Shown piece after piece: positions 59,546 to 64,000 of a stretch of 64,000 bases of DNA. The DNA lies in the NCBI GenBank assembly GCA_963669175.1, contig OY769902.1:2144001-2208000 (forward strand), given 5' to 3'. The notes below the pieces were generated by a model. It searched no databases. It was given only the letters and a program-made list of their open reading frames with translations, and was not told where the DNA came from. Origin of the DNA: a bacterium (lineage in GTDB: Bacteria > Electryoneota > Electryoneia > Electryoneales > Electryoneaceae). The stretch's first letter is position 1. Every line of letters starts with the position of its first letter. The position numbers and the translations under genes were made by a program.

Positions 59546-60580
59546 TCATTCAGGTTTTAGCACGACATAATGGGGATAGTGATCGCTGAAGCCGAATTCA
59601 ACCGGGGAGGCGTATTCGGTTGTAAAGCCCTGTTGATAAATATGGTCAATCCTGAAAAGCCTGCTTACTGGGCGTCTGCGATTCCATGTCGCCCCCAGCC
59701 CGGTTCCTGCCTCCAGCCAGGTGTCCTGCAACCGGCTGCGAATGGGGCGCAGGGTGCGGTGGGTGGGAGTAGCGTTCATATCGCCGCATACGATAACAGG
59801 CTGATCACCCAGTGAATCGAGTACAGCCGCTACATTTTTCGCCTGTTGCCAACGTGGGCCGGTACGTTGAAAAAGGTTGTCACCAGGATGAAGTACGGGT
59901 TCGAGATGAAGATTCAGCACATGGAAGGTGTCTGCATGCACGACAACCTTCGCCAGGAATGAGTTTCGCACATCATGCTGACCCTGAGTGTGAATAACTC
60001 GGGTCTCGAGAATTTCACCCTGCACCAGGATCCAGAGACGGTAGAACTCGTCATGTGAAGATTCCCAACACCAGGCATGGTCATAGCCTGCATTGAACAG
60101 GTGCTTATGAATCCAGGAGTTTTCCAGATTCTGCACTCCGACTTCCTGGCTGCAGATTATATCAATGGGTGAAATTGCTGCATGATCGCCGAGAAGCTTG
60201 ATATTCCAATTCCATCCCGTGTTAAAAGTCATTACCCCGATGCTCTCTGTTGATAGCTGTTCAATCTTCCGGTGAACAGGAAACAGGTAAACTAACTCCA
60301 GCAACAGAATCAGTGTTGCCAGGCCGGTTACCAGAGCTGGTAGCCTGTGTTTTCGGGATAGAAAAACGAGCAGAAGCAGCAAACCGAAACAAAGCAGGAG
60401 AATACGTACAACCTGGTTTCCCGCTAATGGTTCAAGGATAAACAGCAATGGCGGCGGCTGGTAATGAACCAGCGTTAGCAAGACCAACGGTGCGAGAGCA
60501 ATCCAATCCCACACGCTGCCGAACCGGGAGAGATGTCGCCCTGTTTTCGCTGGTTCTTTTGTTGTAAACTGATCGGTCAC
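59546..60580 (-). CDS. Endonuclease/exonuclease/phosphatase family membrane protein
   Basis: N-terminal TMs; MTFN, SQE, NLHL, GDMN, RIDH, SDH motifs. Confidence 0.88.
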   Translation of the reverse strand: MTDQFTTKEPAKTGRHLSRFGSVWDWIALAPLVLLTLVHYQPPPLLFILEPLAGNQVVRILLLCFGLLLLLVFLSRKHRLPALVTGLATLILLLELVYLFPVHRKIEQLSTESIGVMTFNTGWNWNIKLLGDHAAISPIDIICSQEVGVQNLENSWIHKHLFNAGYDHAWCWESSHDEFYRLWILVQGEILETRVIHTQGQHDVRNSFLAKVVVHADTFHVLNLHLEPVLHPGDNLFQRTGPRWQQAKNVAAVLDSLGDQPVIVCGDMNATPTHRTLRPIRSRLQDTWLEAGTGLGATWNRRRPVSRLFRIDHIYQQGFTTEYASPVEFGFSDHYPHYVVLKPE

Positions 60581-60671
60581 AGGTCGCGTCTTGCTGGTCG
60601 TCGTTGAGTTATTCCATGACGACTAACATACAACGCAAACCAGAGCAAAGCCGAACGGTAAAGAGATTTCC

Positions 60672-61688
60672 ATGATTCAGCCGGTTCCTCGTTATCCGAC
60701 CGTAAAACAACTGACAAATGCTGCCCTATCAGGCGTCGGTATTGGATTGTCACGTTTGCTGAAGCGCCCGATGCCACTGGGAATGCCCGTGTTGCTGATG
60801 GTGGAGCCGGGGACCGCATGCCAGCTAAAATGCCCGCATTGTCCTACGGGACGTGGCGAGCTGACACGTGCGACCGGACGCCTTACACTCGAAAAATTCT
60901 GCTCGTTCTGGGATACAATTCAGCCTGCCCCGATCATTCTGCAGCTCTGGAACCAGGGCGAACCTTTTACCAATCGTGAAACCCCCGATATCATCCGTCA
61001 TGCCGCCTCTACTGGAACAAAAGTCAAACTTTCCACCAATGTCGAGTTGCTGGCAAATCCACTCCTGGCGGAACGTGTCGTACACTCGGGATTGTATGAG
61101 CTTATCCTGTCCCTGGATGGCACTACCCAGGAAACGCATGTCGCCTATCGTGCCGGGGGCAAGTTCGAGAAGGTGCGTCAAGGTGTTCAGAATGTGGTTG
61201 AGGCGAAAAAACGGCTTGGTGTGCAATATCCCATAATTACCTGGCAATTTATCCTTTTTCGGCATAACCTTCGTGAAATCAAGCGGGCAAAACAGCTCGC
61301 CGCGGAATGGGGATGCGAGCGTATCGTTTTCAAGACCGCCCAGTTGGAGGATTTGCGCCGAGAGGAGGGATTCCGCTGGCTGCCACGGCCTCGCCGGATG
61401 CGTCGCTATGACTATAAAAACGGGCGTTGGGTGCTGCGTCGCCATAAAAACTACTTCTGCAGCCGTATCTTTTCGAGTGCTGTAGTGCAGTGGGATGGGG
61501 AAGTGGTGCCCTGTTGTTTCGACAAGGACGCCGAGTTTGTATTGGGCAATGTGATTGAGGAAGGTTTCCCGGCGGTGTGGAAGAATGCCGCCTGGCAGCA
61601 GTTCCGGAAGGATTGGATTGCAGGCAAACGTCCCCCCATGTGTGACAATTGTACGGAAGGATTAACGGGACTGTATACCAGGTTTTAG
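60672..61688 (+). CDS. Radical SAM protein with SPASM/twitch domain
   Basis: CQLKCPHC, NQGEP, SLDG, FC...WDG.VVPCC.D, CDNC. Confidence 0.9.
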   Translation: MIQPVPRYPTVKQLTNAALSGVGIGLSRLLKRPMPLGMPVLLMVEPGTACQLKCPHCPTGRGELTRATGRLTLEKFCSFWDTIQPAPIILQLWNQGEPFTNRETPDIIRHAASTGTKVKLSTNVELLANPLLAERVVHSGLYELILSLDGTTQETHVAYRAGGKFEKVRQGVQNVVEAKKRLGVQYPIITWQFILFRHNLREIKRAKQLAAEWGCERIVFKTAQLEDLRREEGFRWLPRPRRMRRYDYKNGRWVLRRHKNYFCSRIFSSAVVQWDGEVVPCCFDKDAEFVLGNVIEEGFPAVWKNAAWQQFRKDWIAGKRPPMCDNCTEGLTGLYTRF

Positions 61689-61768
61689 TGGATCAATACT
61701 GACCTGTGGAGTAAATGATTTAAGACAAGATGTCTTGCTCGCTATCGTGTGGCCCGGCGTGCTTGCTG

Positions 61769-62164
61769 CTGCCTCTTACCCAGTTCTTTTGAAAGCTTTA
61801 TCAGCAAAAGGATTGTGGACATCGCATTTTTAGAATCCCGGCGGGATTCCCTATTTTAGCATAGTGTACAGGCCGTCTGTTTGGCCTGTACACTATGTCA
61901 GGATTTCTAACGAACAATCAACCCTGGAAGGGTTGCATAATGAGCAGTCAATATTGGTTCATTCAATAATTACAGGCAATAACGTAATTTATATTCTTTA
62001 TAAATTAATTGGGTATGCATTATACTTTATGCAACCCTTTCAGGGTTGAGATGAGGTTTGATCTTTTTCGTAGGGTAGGCGCTAAACAGACAGCGCCTAC
62101 CCTACGCTAAAATATTCCACCCCCTCGGGGGTGGCAGAAACACGAAGATTTGAGTAAGAGACAG
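61769..62164. mobile_element. MITE-like element with Tn5/IS50-like ends (copy 2, inverted relative to copy 1)
   Basis: Reverse complement of 36-433; ends CTGCCTCTTACCCAGTTCT and reverse complement CTGTCTCTTACTCAAATCT; interrupts a REP whose intact inverted partner is at 62322-62350. Confidence 0.75.
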
Positions 62165-62849
62165 GTGCTGGCACCCGGGCGGTAGTGCTCCATCAACACA
62201 TAAGTAACTTGCCCTTGCGATTAGTCCAGAGTTCCAATCAGGAGAAAGATATTTTAGAGCCACACAAAGTCAATAACGATTTGGATGGATCTCAGCTGCT
62301 CACATTTCTTGCATTCGCAATGCCCGGGTGCAAGCACGCCGGGCCACACGGTTTCGTTTTTCAGGGAAGTAAATGGATACCCTTCAGTGAAATGGTGTTT
62401 CTTCAAGTAGAACATACTGCTGATTTGAAGAGTGTCAGTTTGGAGATAATCCACAGGTTTGCATTACATCGTGAGCGCAAGCTTGGTCCTCAAATGAAAC
62501 AATCATGCCGGATTTACTCTCAACAAGAAGCAGCCCTCCTGTCAAACTGTTGATTCCTCGTGCCTGACAGGTTTTCACTGGCTCCTGTGCTCTCCTGCTA
62601 ATACGTGGAAAAACAAGCACGAACCTTCATCACGAGAGCTTTTCAGAGCGGTATGATAAACTTCTTGGTTTTTTCTTCTACTCTTGCGCGTGAGCTTTCA
62701 ACCTCTTAACTTTCTATCGGTTGATAAGGGAGTGTCACGTAGTACACTGCGAAGTTGGGTAAGAAACGCCAGTTGCGGCAACTTGGGGAGGACGCGCAAA
62801 GGAGGAAGGGTAAAAACAGCGCGTCGAACCCGCAACCTGTGAAGTGAGG

Positions 62850-64000
62850 ATGACCACAACAACCCTGCATCATGTTGCAAACGACATGTGGGATCGGCTG
62901 GAACTGAACCAGGTACAACGCTTGGCGCTGGTCCTTGCCGCGGGGGTCGGTGTCCTCCTTATTCTCTTCCCGCCATTCTGCAAACCCAGCGGTCCGGACC
63001 TCATTTTTACCGGCTTTTATCCCATTTTTGAGTGGATGGGACGTACCTCACCGGACGGTGTCATCCATTTCCGTCTGCTCTCCTTCATGATTGTCGAAAC
63101 GATCATGGTGACTGCTGCGCTGGTGATGGCGACAGGCAACAACGCGCTGGCCGCCCATCGTGTGTTTATCAATAAGGGCAAACGTGCTGCGACTAAATGC
63201 CCGGCTTGTGGGCTGGATCGTCACGGGCTGGAGAAATATTGCGCTTGCGGATATGAGTTTGAAGTAACCACCGATGATGATGAGACCCCGACGTGGGTGT
63301 CAAAGAAGATGCACGAGCCGGAATTGCCGACCTTGCCCGGAACAGTATCGCTGGACATTAATGAACCGGTCAAGAAAGCCAAACGGCCCAGGGTGAACAG
63401 GCGTCGGGTTGAAGAAATGCCGGTTGTGGCGGAAAAATCCGATGCAGTTGCGGCTGATCCGTCAGGTACAACGGAAGAACAGCCCCTGCTGGTAGCCCCG
63501 GAACTGGCGGAATACCTGCGCAAGTTCGAGGAAATCGACTTGCAGGATGTGCTGCCTTATCACTTGAAGCGTGAATACGACGATATCCTGCCTGATCCGG
63601 CACAGCTCAGTTTTGCGGTTTCGATGCCGTCCGAATCCGATCCGAACCAGCTCGAGCTGGAGATCGAAGCGGAACGTCGTCAGCGTCCCAGGATCGAACA
63701 GCCGCTGGAAACCCCGCCGCAGAGTACCTTCAAACTGGCCGATGAAGACCGTAAGATTCTCTTGCGCGTTGCACGGCTAAGGGCAGACAAGCACAACCGT
63801 ACCGCTGAAGAGCTGCTGCGTAACACGCTGGAAATCCGCATCCGTGAACAGGGACGCAAGCATCCGGTGATAGCGACGTACCTGACCCACTGGGCGGATA
63901 TTGTGCAGGAACGTGGTGATATCGCCATGGCGGAAGATATGTACCAGCGCGCGCTGGATATTCTGCAGAACTATCTCGATGAACGTGATCCCCAGGCGCT
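62850..64000 (+). CDS. Membrane protein with zinc ribbon, acidic linker and TPR repeats (runs off the window end)
   Basis: Open frame from ATG 62850 (or 62886): two TM segments, CPAC...CAC, kinesin-light-chain-like TPR 'HPVIATYL...AEDMYQRALDI'. Confidence 0.75.
   Translation, partial: MTTTTLHHVANDMWDRLELNQVQRLALVLAAGVGVLLILFPPFCKPSGPDLIFTGFYPIFEWMGRTSPDGVIHFRLLSFMIVETIMVTAALVMATGNNALAAHRVFINKGKRAATKCPACGLDRHGLEKYCACGYEFEVTTDDDETPTWVSKKMHEPELPTLPGTVSLDINEPVKKAKRPRVNRRRVEEMPVVAEKSDAVAADPSGTTEEQPLLVAPELAEYLRKFEEIDLQDVLPYHLKREYDDILPDPAQLSFAVSMPSESDPNQLELEIEAERRQRPRIEQPLETPPQSTFKLADEDRKILLRVARLRADKHNRTAEELLRNTLEIRIREQGRKHPVIATYLTHWADIVQERGDIAMAEDMYQRALDILQNYLDERDPQA

Noticed and set aside
58450-59589. 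Long antisense ORFs (this 379-aa frame, 48351-49289, 36515-37186, 54407-55117 and similar)
   Set aside because: Shadow frames opposite well-supported genes, with no recognisable motifs
36-62164. 62-kb composite transposon bounded by the two inverted MITEs
   Set aside because: Copies are diverged with different flanks, the interior holds core genes (tRNA, scpB, moxR) and there is no transposase
62185-62620. Short ORFs of 61-122 aa
   Set aside because: They overlap REP sequence and have no RBS or recognisable motif

Overview
64 kb bacterial chromosomal segment, probably from an FCB-superphylum lineage (inferred from 'PNPFN...L+K/R' C-terminal secretion domains, the Bat/MoxR operon and many lipoproteins). 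In order it carries: a MacAB-like ABC exporter operon; an AT-rich three-gene secreted-protein locus led by a metzincin; a double-cubane-type reductase with its ATP-dependent activator, preceded by an unannotated short ORF with an in-frame UGA and a bacterial SECIS-like hairpin; a 7.3 kb integrase island inserted in tRNA-Pro(GGG) with a 46-bp att duplication; a RiPP cluster (HprK-like kinase, two rSAM/SPASM enzymes, PqqD/RRE, S24/S26 peptidase, ABC exporter) whose 49-aa Cys-containing precursor is missing from the ORF track; an 1828-aa secreted multidomain protein; a catalytically degenerate PdxJ paralog followed by five tandem paralogous lipoproteins and scpB; an adenylate cyclase; and the MoxR-DUF58-VWA operon. 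Intergenic DNA is rich in REP-like palindromes and MITEs, including two inverted ~400-bp elements with Tn5/IS50-like 19-bp ends and a nested MITE stack. The best candidates for undescribed systems are the RiPP cluster, the putative selenopeptide leader plus double-cubane reductase, and the pseudo-PdxJ/lipoprotein array. All calls are from reading the sequence; no database searches were run.
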